Counted from the stretch's first letter, positions 1-9,546 are shown. The stretch is 64,000 bases of DNA from Candidatus Obscuribacteraceae bacterium (GCA_044226015.1 JBGAHS010000002.1:1011435-1075434), one strand, 5' to 3'. Notes: a model not told the origin generated them from the sequence alone. Translations and numbers: made by a program.

Positions 1-96
1 CATTGTTTTTGTAGTATCACAGGAATCAGCCTGAGCCATTGGTGCCAAAAACAGACCTAGCCCAGCGATTGCCATCGCTATTACCCTACCCTTCAT
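1..96 (-). CDS. 5' part of a secreted small protein (runs off window start)
   Basis: Not in ORF track; ATG at 96 with AAGGAGG RBS; translates MKGRVIAMAIAGLGLFLAPMAQADSCDTTKTM (signal peptide, resembles next gene's AETFCTKTTKT). Confidence 0.7.
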   Translation of the reverse strand, partial: MKGRVIAMAIAGLGLFLAPMAQADSCDTTKTM

Positions 97-143
97 CTTA
101 CCTCCTTGGTATAAACCTTGTTTCCAACCTCTATCCGCTAGTA

Positions 144-551
144 CTAGAACAAATCAACTCTGCCAAGCGGAGATACACCAACGTGAAGCAAGTGATGACC
201 GTGTTTCTTAATCACTACTGGCTGTGCCATAAGGGTGTCTCGTTGCACGACTACTGGACTTTCCACCACCACCGGTCGTTCCACCATCACTGGGGACTCC
301 TTGATTACGACAGGTTTTTCAATAACCCGATCAAAGCTAGTTAGAGGAGCGTCTGTACAGCTTGCTGCTTCCTCAACTGTCACTGGGCTTTCTACAATCT
401 GCCGCACCGTATACGGTGCGCTCGAACTCGTTGTCGTCGTAACGGTTTTTGTAGTCTTCGTGCAAAAAGTCTCTGCTGAAACTGGCTGCGTAAGCGCTAA
501 ACCTAACAAACCCATGATGGGAGCTATAAACAGTTTCTTCGATATCTTCAT
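144..551 (-). CDS. Secreted protein with Val/Pro-rich V-V-E-x-P repeats
   Basis: Start MKISKK at 551 with GGAGA RBS; signal peptide; repeats IVESPV/VIEKPV/VERPV/VESPV. Confidence 0.7.
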   Translation of the reverse strand: MKISKKLFIAPIMGLLGLALTQPVSAETFCTKTTKTVTTTTSSSAPYTVRQIVESPVTVEEAASCTDAPLTSFDRVIEKPVVIKESPVMVERPVVVESPVVVQRDTLMAQPVVIKKHGHHLLHVGVSPLGRVDLF

Positions 552-594
552 TGCAATCTCTCCTTGTATTTTCCTTCTGGAGCATGTAGCGAAC

Positions 595-619
595 GACGCC
601 TTGAGCCATCCGCAGTTCC
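595..619 (-). promoter_or_regulatory. ECF-type promoter GGAAC-N16-CGTC
   Basis: Exact motif, 43 nt upstream of ATG 551. Confidence 0.8.
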
Positions 620-827
620 CAAACATCGCCTAAGAGCATCAGCATGCCCCCACTTTCGACGGACTGCCGAATCCTCCTATTGCCTGATGATCAGAGCTTT
701 TCAAAGAATTAAGTACGCTCTACATTTTTGCAGCCATATTTTGTTCAATCTGCTTTAATTGTCATTAGCCGACTCGACCAAGGTCTGATCGGCTTCCTGC
801 ATTATTTGAACAGAGCACCGCTAGACG

Positions 828-1553
828 ATGAAAATAAAAAACCTGCTATGGCAGTCAATGCTGCCCGCCATTTTGTGCTGCGTACTTTTACAAGCTTCTT
901 CCCCAGCCAGACCGAATCTCGCTTCAGTGAATACAATAGGCGAGACCAACTATTCAAGCGACCTGGCTTCAGATGGATATTACACATGGTCACCAGACAA
1001 GTTTCCTTTGAAAGTTCATTTTGCGAAAAATGCAAATACACCAGGGTTCAAATCGACAAATGTGGACCTTCTCAAAAACTGTTTTGATGAATGGTCTCGC
1101 GCCTCAGACGGACGAATAAGTTGGGTCGAAACCCAAAATGCCAACGACGCAGATATTGACGTTGTATGGTCAGACCGAGCTGTTGAAGCCAGCCGCGGTA
1201 CCGAAGCTGGCAACACCAGAAACTACGCCAGATATAACCCGGAAACCAATTGGGGAGAGATTGATCACAGCAGAATGCGCCTACTCACAAGATTACCAGA
1301 ACGCGAATTTACTCCAGTTGAAACCAAGAAAGCCTACTTACATGAAGTCGGACACGCCCTCGGCATAGCTGGCCATTCAGCTGACCCCGATGACATAATG
1401 TACTTTTCTGTTTCAAATCATAAGCGAATCAACCTGAGCTTTAAGGATATAGGAACACTGCATTTCCTTTACGAGAACAAAAATTCGAATTCGAATACGC
1501 TCAGCCACGCGAACGTTTACACCGACAGAGCTTCATCTGTGCATCGACCATGA
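828..1553 (+). CDS. Secreted matrixin-like (M10) zinc metalloprotease
   Basis: HEVGHALGIAGH zinc motif and Met-turn DIMY; signal peptide. Confidence 0.85.
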   Translation: MKIKNLLWQSMLPAILCCVLLQASSPARPNLASVNTIGETNYSSDLASDGYYTWSPDKFPLKVHFAKNANTPGFKSTNVDLLKNCFDEWSRASDGRISWVETQNANDADIDVVWSDRAVEASRGTEAGNTRNYARYNPETNWGEIDHSRMRLLTRLPEREFTPVETKKAYLHEVGHALGIAGHSADPDDIMYFSVSNHKRINLSFKDIGTLHFLYENKNSNSNTLSHANVYTDRASSVHRP

Positions 1554-1648
1554 GATGCACGTTCCAAACAGACGGTATCACTCGCTAACCGATACTAATA
1601 GTGATGCTTAGCCAGCACACTTTTCGGGACCTGACTCTAAAAAACTGG

Positions 1649-1673
1649 GGAACTGCACGTTCTCCAGTCCGTC
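1649..1673 (+). promoter_or_regulatory. ECF-type promoter GGAAC-N16-CGTC
   Basis: Exact motif, 49 nt upstream of ATG 1723. Confidence 0.8.
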
Positions 1674-1722
1674 TGCTTTCCACATCCAACACTGGCTTGC
1701 CAGAATGAGGAGAGGAGGAAAT

Positions 1723-2292
1723 ATGAAAGCAAACCTATCGATTAAAGAGATACTCGGGCGCGAATTTCTCGACAATAAGGAGCTTACAGCGCTAAGTGCT
1801 CTTTTAGCGGGCGAGCTCTCAGCGATTCAAGCTTACAATATGGCCATCGACAAAGTGCGCAACAAGCATTTGATACCAACACTCGAAGAATGCCGCAATT
1901 CACATGCACTGCGCGTTCAGCCATTACGTGAGCGAATGGAAGCTCACGGTGCACCGGCACTGCGCAATGCTGGCTGGTGGGGGTCATTCGTGAGCGCTGT
2001 AGAAAACGGCGCCACATTCATTAGCGATCGCGTGGCAATGAGTGTACTTTGCGCTGGTGAAGATTATGGCTTTGAGCAATACGAAAAAAACATGAAAGAT
2101 TTGGATTCGGAATCTTATGAGTTAGTTGATTCAGAGTTACTTCCAGCCCAATCACAGACGCTTCAAACCATGACTCTTCTATGTGCATATTTGAAGTCCG
2201 AAGAGACTAGAATCGCCCAAGAAAACAAACTCAGCCAGGAAGAAACCGAAGATTCTGAGGTTGTGAGCATGAAGAGACCAATTCAAGAATAG
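1723..2292 (+). CDS. Ferritin-like four-helix bundle protein (DUF2383/PA2169-like)
   Basis: LLAGELSAIQAY...H...GEDYG..QY pattern; GGAGG RBS before 1723. Confidence 0.75.
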   Translation: MKANLSIKEILGREFLDNKELTALSALLAGELSAIQAYNMAIDKVRNKHLIPTLEECRNSHALRVQPLRERMEAHGAPALRNAGWWGSFVSAVENGATFISDRVAMSVLCAGEDYGFEQYEKNMKDLDSESYELVDSELLPAQSQTLQTMTLLCAYLKSEETRIAQENKLSQEETEDSEVVSMKRPIQE

Positions 2293-2320
2293 ACCGATAA
2301 GAAGCTTGCGAAAATAATCA

Positions 2321-2347
2321 AAGGGAGGTTCAGATTGAACCTCCTTT
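2321..2347. terminator. Bidirectional intrinsic terminator
   Basis: GGAGGTTCA-gat-TGAACCTCC hairpin between convergent genes. Confidence 0.75.
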
Positions 2348-2348
2348 C

Positions 2349-3419
2349 TCAATTTGAGAACAAAAAGCTTTCGGCATTTTTTATCAAAAGCGACTCGATA
2401 ACAGCCTTGTCAAATCCACATGCTCTAAGACGAGGCACAATGGTCCTCAAAACATGGTCGTATCCCATGCCACCATATTTACGCAACTGCATTTTGGTAC
2501 AGACGTCTTGAGAAATCAAAATCTGCTTTTCGAAGCCGGCTTCAATCAGTCTTGAAAGAAATCCAATTCGCTCAGCATCAGAAGGTTCACGTAAAGAATC
2601 CTCATCAAAATAGACTTCGGACCCAAAACAATCCAGCTCAACAAAACATCCCCTTTGCGCTAGCGAAATGCGATATTCATCGTCAGGCAATTCGTCCAAA
2701 TGACTTAGAGCCACTTTATTGAGTGAAAGCCCTGTACTCTCTAAAATATCCAGGACATTGTGCCCTTCCTTTGCAAAAATTGCTAGATGCACATTGATAC
2801 TTGCACCTGTAAGCTTGCTGGCCTCAGCCGCCGCTAGCAATACTTTTTTCTCGTCAGGATGAATCGGAGAACTTGTTCCAACTTCACCAATAATTCCGGC
2901 ACGCACGCTTGAGCCTTCAAACCCATCGTTCAAGTCGCGAATCATTCTTTCTGCAAGCTGCGAAATTGTCTGCTCAGCAACACATGGTGGATGCGCACGT
3001 TTAGTATAGAAACCGGTCGCTGCAACGATATTTACGCCGGTGCGCTCCGAAATCACCCTGAGCTTATCCGGGTAGGGACCGATGGTTTGAGTAGAAAGAT
3101 CAAGAATCGTATTGCCGCCCACGTTCTTAAACAGGAGAACTTCCTGCACCGCTAGCTCGATGTCATCGAGAATCAAATTATCTTTGCAGTGATAGGGGTC
3201 ACCCATCAAAAGACCGCGAATGCCGCAACAAACATCAGCCGCAACCAAATGCTCTCTAGACTCATCTTTTGGAAAATGCCACAAACAGGAAAGATCAATC
3301 AGTAAGTGTTCGTGTGGCAGAGTTACGCCCAATTGCTCTGCTTTGATAGGACCTGTCACTGTCATCAACTCGTGCAATATTCTTCCTCCCATCGAGCACA
3401 AGCAGTCTATCAGCCTCAT
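2349..3419 (-). CDS. Phosphotriesterase-family amidohydrolase
   Basis: TLPHEHL, GIIGEVG, SHLD, ILISQD metal-binding motifs. Confidence 0.9.
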   Translation of the reverse strand: MRLIDCLCSMGGRILHELMTVTGPIKAEQLGVTLPHEHLLIDLSCLWHFPKDESREHLVAADVCCGIRGLLMGDPYHCKDNLILDDIELAVQEVLLFKNVGGNTILDLSTQTIGPYPDKLRVISERTGVNIVAATGFYTKRAHPPCVAEQTISQLAERMIRDLNDGFEGSSVRAGIIGEVGTSSPIHPDEKKVLLAAAEASKLTGASINVHLAIFAKEGHNVLDILESTGLSLNKVALSHLDELPDDEYRISLAQRGCFVELDCFGSEVYFDEDSLREPSDAERIGFLSRLIEAGFEKQILISQDVCTKMQLRKYGGMGYDHVLRTIVPRLRACGFDKAVIESLLIKNAESFLFSN

Positions 3420-3450
3420 GAATCATTGTCGATGCCACCCAATATCAGTG

Positions 3451-3475
3451 GGAACAATCTCTCAGTTTCCTGGTC
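3451..3475 (+). promoter_or_regulatory. ECF-type promoter variant GGAAC-N16-GGTC
   Basis: One-mismatch motif; no ORF downstream, followed by hairpins and terminator. Confidence 0.55.
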
Positions 3476-3480
3476 TTCAT

Positions 3481-3596
3481 CTTCGAACGAACCGAAAGGT
3501 TCAACCTATCCAGTAAAAAGGAAGAGGTTAAAAAAAGAGCTGAAAAATGCACTTTCCCCTGCAGAAGCGTGATCCCGACTGCAGGGTTTTTCTTTT
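3481..3596 (+). ncRNA. Candidate small RNA
   Basis: Promoter motif upstream; GAACC-GAAA-GGTTC hairpin (3489-3502); second stem 3503-3529; terminator CCCTGCAG...CTGCAGGG-TTTTTCTTTT (3557-3596). Confidence 0.45.
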
Positions 3597-3668
3597 GAAA
3601 CACCAGACAAAGAAAACGGCGCAGCCGTAGTTCCCACAACACGACTGCGCCTGGCAATTGTTCAGTTC

Positions 3669-4664
3669 TTAGGATTGATTCAAATCATCAAGAAGTTTTC
3701 GTGCATTAGATGCATGCCCTAGCTTTCTCAATGCAAGACACTCAATTTGCCTCACCCTTTCACGAGAATATCCAAGCGATCGACCCACCTCTGCTAGCGT
3801 CATTGGCACACCATTGGCGATACCATACCTGAGCTCAAGCACGGAGCGCTCTTGGTCGCGCAACTTAGAGAGAAGTCCTCTAATTTTGTCCTTCAAGACT
3901 ATTTTCTGCACAACCTCGTCCGGATTTAGAGAACGACTGTCTTCCACAAAGTCCTTCAACTCTGCATCAAAATCAGCTCGTGGTTTGCAATCAAGCGATA
4001 CCGGCTCTCGGAATGCAGACCATACCGACAACAAAGTCTCTTCGCTTATTCCCGTTTCTTTCGAGATTTCAGGCAACACTGGACTACGACCTAACTTAAC
4101 GCTAAGCTTTTCGACTGCCTTTCTTACAACATTTCTCGTTTCAGATAGGTGAACAGGAACTCTTATCGTTCTGGAATCATTCGATAGTGCCCTCGTTATC
4201 GCTTGCCTGATCCACCAGGTGGCGTAGGTTGAGAACCTGAATCCCTTCTCGGGATTGAATTTCTCAACAGCCTTCAACAATCCCATATTTCCTTCTTGAA
4301 TGAGATCTTGAAAGCTGAGCCCACGGTTCTTATAATTTTTCGCAACACTAACCACGAGGCGAAGGTTCGACTGCACAACTCGCCTCCTCGCGGCATCGCT
4401 TCCTTTCACTACCTGCCGAAACAAATCTACTTCTTCGGACTTTTGCAAAAGTCGATGTTTGCCTATCTCTTTCAAATACACTTTGATTGAATCGCTTTCG
4501 GTTAAAGACATACCCCGAGTTTCGGGCACACTCTCAGGAGCCTCTGGTTCCGTCGTTTCCTCAAACTCGTTTTCCACATCTAGGAAATCGATATCATCGA
4601 GAATATTCGGCGGACCGAAAGAATCATTTACGTCAAAGGTGCTGTTTTCATCTTGTAATTTCAT
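3669..4664 (-). CDS. RpoD/group-2-like sigma-70 factor
   Basis: [42 protein letters not shown]; likely start MKLQD at 4664. Confidence 0.9.
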   Translation of the reverse strand: MKLQDENSTFDVNDSFGPPNILDDIDFLDVENEFEETTEPEAPESVPETRGMSLTESDSIKVYLKEIGKHRLLQKSEEVDLFRQVVKGSDAARRRVVQSNLRLVVSVAKNYKNRGLSFQDLIQEGNMGLLKAVEKFNPEKGFRFSTYATWWIRQAITRALSNDSRTIRVPVHLSETRNVVRKAVEKLSVKLGRSPVLPEISKETGISEETLLSVWSAFREPVSLDCKPRADFDAELKDFVEDSRSLNPDEVVQKIVLKDKIRGLLSKLRDQERSVLELRYGIANGVPMTLAEVGRSLGYSRERVRQIECLALRKLGHASNARKLLDDLNQS

Positions 4665-4895
4665 ATCTATCGCCGCTGCAAAAGCGCTGATGTAAAGGAA
4701 TCCACAACAAGATTCGCATGCCCTCCGTAGCTCAGCCATCTGAGTTAGATGAGGTATGCAATCATGTCACATTCTAAGCCTAACATGATTTCGGAAACCC
4801 GCAGAAATGAAGCAAAAAGATTCTCTGCAAAACAGTAATTGACGAACCAAAACAGAAATTCGTAACTGCAAGTAAGCTAGAGCGAGCTCAAGAAC

Positions 4896-4929
4896 AAAGG
4901 GTTGGCACCACTACCAGTGCCAACCCTTT
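4896..4929 (-). terminator. Intrinsic terminator
   Basis: AAAGGGTTGGCAC...GTGCCAACCCTTT inverted repeat after 4959 stop. Confidence 0.7.
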
Positions 4930-4958
4930 CGGTACACGCATAAAGCGTTCCAGCGCTA

Positions 4959-5666
4959 CTACTGAGCAGGCTGAATGGGCAAATCAGTCTGTATTGTTTG
5001 ACCAGCATTTGGAGCTGCTGGCACAAGTGCTTTTGCGCTTAAGATTGCTTGCTCATTTGCAAAAACCGACCAGCGCAAGCCCAGCAATATGGGATGAAAA
5101 CCATAATTCAGCATTTCTCCATAAGCTTTCTTTGCTGTCCAATTCTCCACATTCATTCTGTACATTGCGACCATTGTGCCGCATCTGTCCATTCCCTGAC
5201 GACAGTGAACGAACGTCTTTCCATCTTTATTTGCGCTTACAGTTTTCAGAAATTTATCAACCTGCGACGGAGTAGCTGTTTTGAACACGCTCATCGGAAT
5301 GCTCACAAACTTGAGTCCAAGCTTATGCGCTGTTTGCTTCTCGCGCTCGATGTCCTCCAGTCCATCCCTCAAGTTAACAATAGTGTTAACACCCGCTTTT
5401 TTAAGCGCTTCCAAGCCACCTTCTCGTGGCTGTCCACCTCGAAGAAGCTTTTCCGAAACAACGCCAAAATTAGGAACGACAGTGTTAATTTCCTGGGTAA
5501 GACCAGCACTCAACAATGGAGCTGCGCTGGCTACAGAAGGCGACTGTGCAAAACACACAGGTGCAGCGGCTGAAACAATACAAACTGACAAAATAAAACG
5601 ACCGAGACTCTTAGTCACTAGCGCAATCCTCACGCGAGATCTCACCAACGAATTTGAGTCTAACAA
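4959..5666 (-). CDS. Secreted dual-specificity/tyrosine phosphatase-like protein (Siw14-like)
   Basis: NFGVV..RGGQP, HCRQGMDRCG (CX5R); signal-like N-terminus. Confidence 0.85.
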   Translation of the reverse strand: MLDSNSLVRSRVRIALVTKSLGRFILSVCIVSAAAPVCFAQSPSVASAAPLLSAGLTQEINTVVPNFGVVSEKLLRGGQPREGGLEALKKAGVNTIVNLRDGLEDIEREKQTAHKLGLKFVSIPMSVFKTATPSQVDKFLKTVSANKDGKTFVHCRQGMDRCGTMVAMYRMNVENWTAKKAYGEMLNYGFHPILLGLRWSVFANEQAILSAKALVPAAPNAGQTIQTDLPIQPAQ

Positions 5667-5763
5667 CCTAAAAAAATTACCGCCCGCTCTAGCTCAGGCG
5701 AAATAATACACCATTTCGTTTTTTTTACAAAAGTGCCAAATTACTGATGCCAGGCTGCACTAG

Positions 5764-6876
5764 TCAGCTAGCTGCTCGGTCATCTGACCTATACATACTT
5801 GCATGCTTTGTAATCTGACTGACACCACAAATTTCACCTTCGTGCCTTTCTACGTTTATCAAGTTCATCGATTCAGCAACTTCTTTTGGTACCAGAATTG
5901 TTGCTGCTTGTGGAATAACCGTTACCCTCATTGGAGTTGTAGAATGAAGGTCGCCATCTATCATGCATGGCATTTCAGTAATTCGCGGCTCATCATCTAA
6001 CTTCTCGCGGGTCACAAACTCTACGACTTTCTTAACCATCAACTGAAACGATGAGCGCACTCCGCGCCTGGGCAACACCTCTACGACAGCTTCCTTAACT
6101 CGAAAAAGCATCTCTGGAGCTTTATTCGAAAGGTCTCCCGCAGCATATCGCTTAGTCAGCTGAATAAAGTCCCCCAGCCGCTTAGGATTCATTACATGCA
6201 AATCCAACAACCCATCGGAAAGAAGCCCAATGTCAGCACGTTTTCCTATTCCCAGGTCTTCAACGTTACTCAAAAACACGCCACCTGCCTCGACCTTAAA
6301 TGAGCCGCCCGAAGTAGTAATTCTGAAATGACGACGAGGCCTGGCAATACTGGTAATCAGCGACTTGAAGTAAGCTTTGAGCTTATTTTGGGTCTTTTCT
6401 TCACGTGCTGGCAGCATGAAAGCATCAGCAATGGGTCCGACTCCAGCCATTCCGGCAAAATACTCACCGTTCATCATTCCCATGTCTATTCTCATAGGTA
6501 CGCCATTTTTGATGTATTCATAGGCATTTTTCAGTGGATCGGCCATCAAGTGTTGTTCGATGATACCTATATTCCTTGCCATGACATTGCCAGTGCCCAT
6601 TGGGAAAATAGCCACAGGAATAGAACTCTTTGCTTTGGCGACGGCGGCTAGCGCGAACCTGAGCGTTCCATCACCACCCCCAGCAATGATAAGTTCCAAT
6701 GGATCCTGAATTAAGGGAATCAAGTCATCTGGGGTGGTATGAGCCTCTGTTGGAAAGAAAGATACAAGATATTGATCGTCTTTGTTCAGCTCAGCAACCA
6801 ATTGACCAATCCATTCCTCAGTCTTGACTTGTGACTTGGAGACAGGATTATAAATAACTAGCGCGTGTTTAACCAT
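5764..6876 (-). CDS. Diacylglycerol/lipid kinase family (YegS/DAGK-like)
   Basis: NPVS, GGGDGT, PMGTGN, IDGD motifs. Confidence 0.85.
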   Translation of the reverse strand: MVKHALVIYNPVSKSQVKTEEWIGQLVAELNKDDQYLVSFFPTEAHTTPDDLIPLIQDPLELIIAGGGDGTLRFALAAVAKAKSSIPVAIFPMGTGNVMARNIGIIEQHLMADPLKNAYEYIKNGVPMRIDMGMMNGEYFAGMAGVGPIADAFMLPAREEKTQNKLKAYFKSLITSIARPRRHFRITTSGGSFKVEAGGVFLSNVEDLGIGKRADIGLLSDGLLDLHVMNPKRLGDFIQLTKRYAAGDLSNKAPEMLFRVKEAVVEVLPRRGVRSSFQLMVKKVVEFVTREKLDDEPRITEMPCMIDGDLHSTTPMRVTVIPQAATILVPKEVAESMNLINVERHEGEICGVSQITKHASMYRSDDRAAS

Positions 6877-6988
6877 CTCAGAGTTCCCCGGTTTACGTCG
6901 CTATAGATTCACCATCGACTAAGTAGTTCCCAACTTTTAACTCTGTGTTTGGACATGTTTCGCAAACCATCTGGTAAAACTAGTAGTA

Positions 6989-7474
6989 ATGAAAGATGAC
7001 ACACCCAAAGTCCGAGTGAGAAACTTCCACCAGATTCACGACTGGCTATACCGTGGCGCCCAGCCGCCAATGGACAGTTTTGCCGAACTTAAGGCAATGG
7101 GGGTGAAGACAGTTGTGAACCTGCGCTGGCGCAAGGGTCCTGTGAACAGAGAGCGAGCACGTGTCACAGAACTCGGCATGAACTTCATCCATATTCCATT
7201 GAACTATTGGACACTGCCAAATCGTGCAAACGTTGATGAATTCCTAGACGTATTAGATAAAGAAGAACTGCGCCCGTTTTTTGTCCATTGCCTTCACGGG
7301 GCAGATCGGACAGGAATTCTGTTTGCTATGTACCGTATCTTGCGCTGCCAGTGGAGCTTGAAACAAGCCTACGAAGAAATGGTTCGCTGTGGTTTCCATC
7401 GCTTAGCTACAAGACATTTTAAGTGGGCTCTGTGGCGCATGGTCGCACAGAACCGTGAAAGAACTAAGGTTTAG
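6989..7474 (+). CDS. Dual-specificity/tyrosine phosphatase-like protein
   Basis: NFHQI..LYRGAQP, HCLHGADRTG. Confidence 0.9.
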   Translation: MKDDTPKVRVRNFHQIHDWLYRGAQPPMDSFAELKAMGVKTVVNLRWRKGPVNRERARVTELGMNFIHIPLNYWTLPNRANVDEFLDVLDKEELRPFFVHCLHGADRTGILFAMYRILRCQWSLKQAYEEMVRCGFHRLATRHFKWALWRMVAQNRERTKV

Positions 7475-7478
7475 TTCG

Positions 7479-7503
7479 GGAACTGAAGTAGTCGACCTGC
7501 GTC
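7479..7503 (+). promoter_or_regulatory. ECF-type promoter GGAAC-N16-CGTC
   Basis: Exact motif, 46 nt upstream of ATG 7550. Confidence 0.8.
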
Positions 7504-7549
7504 CCATCTAGCGCAGTGACAATACTTTCGTTCAACAGGTTATAGCAAA

Positions 7550-8320
7550 ATGAATATGCAATTCTCCTTTCGCAATCTCCTTATCATGAGCGTTGTTCCC
7601 GCGGTTTTAGCACTCACGGGATGCAAGGGATTCGGTCAAGTCGACCAGATGTGTTTTTATGGCCCGGTGCCAGATGAAGCCAGAATGAATGAACTAGAAC
7701 ATCTCGGCGTCAAAACGATGGTAGATTGCCGCCAGCGACCTAATCACAAACTCGAGAATGCGCAGCTCTGTGAGAAACACCATATTCAATACATTTTTCT
7801 GAAAACAGGTCTCTATAAAAACCCTGACGAAGCCGTCATGGACAAGTTTGTCACTATGATTAGTGACCCGAAAAATCTCCCCATCTATGTTTGTGATGTC
7901 GCAGCAAAAGATAGAACCCAGTTTTACCTCGCGGTATACCGAATTGCAAAAAATAAATGGACAGCGCAAGATGCATCTTGGAAGATGTACCGTAGCGGGT
8001 TGCGACACTGGTGGCCCTGGTTCTATAAGTTCCCTAGTGTCCTGGAAGCTCACGAGCAAAAATTCAAAAAGGACTTTGACAGACAACACGAACGGGCTCT
8101 CGCTCTTGGTGACAAGACTGACGCTCCGAACGGTCTGGTCTTGAGTAAAACCTCAGACGAGATATTCGCAGAAATGAGTGGCGGCAAAAAAATGAAAAAG
8201 CAGGATAATGAAAAGCGTTCTGTTAGCGAGAAAAAGCCACTCAAAAAAGATGAGCTAGTTGGTCCGAGTGTCATTACCGAAGAAGCTCCAGAGCAAAGCA
8301 GTATTAAGGCTTCTTTGTAA
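7550..8320 (+). CDS. Lipoprotein with degenerate DSP/PTP-phosphatase fold
   Basis: Lipobox LALTGC; LEHLGVKTMVDCR and PIYVCDVAAKDRTQ align with neighbouring phosphatases. Confidence 0.7.
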   Translation: MNMQFSFRNLLIMSVVPAVLALTGCKGFGQVDQMCFYGPVPDEARMNELEHLGVKTMVDCRQRPNHKLENAQLCEKHHIQYIFLKTGLYKNPDEAVMDKFVTMISDPKNLPIYVCDVAAKDRTQFYLAVYRIAKNKWTAQDASWKMYRSGLRHWWPWFYKFPSVLEAHEQKFKKDFDRQHERALALGDKTDAPNGLVLSKTSDEIFAEMSGGKKMKKQDNEKRSVSEKKPLKKDELVGPSVITEEAPEQSSIKASL

Positions 8321-8373
8321 AGCTCTTGAAATAGCAATGTGGCGATAACAAGAAGTAACACGTTACATTTAGT

Positions 8374-9546
8374 ATGGAACAACACCCTCGCGATTTTGCG
8401 AGGGCTCTTGCTTCGCTGAATTTCCTTTTTCGGAGGAGGGCATTCGCAGTGCGCTTTTTTGTTTTCTTTACCATGTCACTTTCTCTGGCAATCGCCAGCA
8501 TACCCTCTTCCGAGGCTCAAATGAGCGCTCTGAAAAACTTTCGTATTTCGAGATCTACCAAACCAGCCGAAGGCGAAAATACGCAACGTAGCCGCTATTC
8601 GGGTGATGGTATCAACGCCCCGTTAACTGGTGGCATCGAGCACCAGGAGGAAGACTCCCTGGTATCTCCTGACGAATTCAAAACGCTGCCAGCAAAATCG
8701 GACAGTTATAGCCGACCATTGTCAGGAATGACAGATAACACGCAACTAAGAGCGAACACCGGCATGAGCAACCTTCGCTCAGGTACAGATGCGTTTAACC
8801 TTAAATCTGGTTTGCTCAACAAAGTTTTGCCCTTGATCCAGGGAAATCCAACAGAAGACGCACTGCCTCCGCTGCCCAAGCTTCACGCAGACGTAAACAA
8901 CGACGAACTAAAAGTTCTCAAATCACGAGACATCGTGATCATGCAAGATCGATCAAGTTCAATGGGAGAGCGTGAAAATTTTCCTGAGGGAATGTTTCCG
9001 CGCTGGTACTGGTGCTTATCGCAAGCGATGGATTTCCGCCGACAAAGCGCACGAATCCCCGACTGGACCTTCAATCTAGTAATGTTCTCCAGTCAATATG
9101 ACGTTTACCGCAGCGTTCGCATGGAAATGCTGCCCACGGTCTTTTCTCGCAATCACATATGGATCGGAACAAAATTGGCCGAGCCTATGGCACAACAACT
9201 GGGAGAGTACTTCCAAAAACGAGGAATGCAGAGACAAGCGAAGCCGCTCGTAGTAGCAGTTATCACCGATGGCAAGCCACAGGATGAAAGCAATCTCAAA
9301 GATGTAATCATAAACGCTACGCACCAAATGCGATACCCGACAGAGGTTCAAATTGTATTTCTTCAAGTTGGAACAGACGATGAAAGCTACAAGAAATTGA
9401 GTAAGCTGGATAATCGATTGGTCTCAAACGGTGCAAAATATGACATTGTAGGCGTAATGCCGTTCAATGAGGTGACGCGCCTTGGGCTTGCAAGAGCACT
9501 CGTTAAAGCTGTGCAGACAGTGCCACAAGCTATGCCGCGCTATTAG
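8374..9546 (+). CDS. VWA-domain protein (start uncertain)
   Basis: MIDAS DRSSSM, VITDG, IVFLQVG. Confidence 0.75.
   Translation: MEQHPRDFARALASLNFLFRRRAFAVRFFVFFTMSLSLAIASIPSSEAQMSALKNFRISRSTKPAEGENTQRSRYSGDGINAPLTGGIEHQEEDSLVSPDEFKTLPAKSDSYSRPLSGMTDNTQLRANTGMSNLRSGTDAFNLKSGLLNKVLPLIQGNPTEDALPPLPKLHADVNNDELKVLKSRDIVIMQDRSSSMGERENFPEGMFPRWYWCLSQAMDFRRQSARIPDWTFNLVMFSSQYDVYRSVRMEMLPTVFSRNHIWIGTKLAEPMAQQLGEYFQKRGMQRQAKPLVVAVITDGKPQDESNLKDVIINATHQMRYPTEVQIVFLQVGTDDESYKKLSKLDNRLVSNGAKYDIVGVMPFNEVTRLGLARALVKAVQTVPQAMPRY

Noticed and set aside
3547..3630. 27-codon plus-strand ORF in the sRNA candidate region
   Set aside because: Runs through the terminator and lacks a clear RBS.
3669..4664. Local sigma factors as the readers of GGAAC-N16-CGTC
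   Set aside because: Both have an RpoD-like region 2.4 (TATAAT-type) and lack the motif upstream; an ECF elsewhere is more likely, though this is untested.
6906..6930. GGAAC-N16-AATC upstream of the lipid kinase; also 36192 (CTTC), 36552 (N17-TATC) and 16133-16157 (GGTAC-N16-TGTC)
   Set aside because: Well positioned but weaker or atypical matches; possible weak members, not listed as features.
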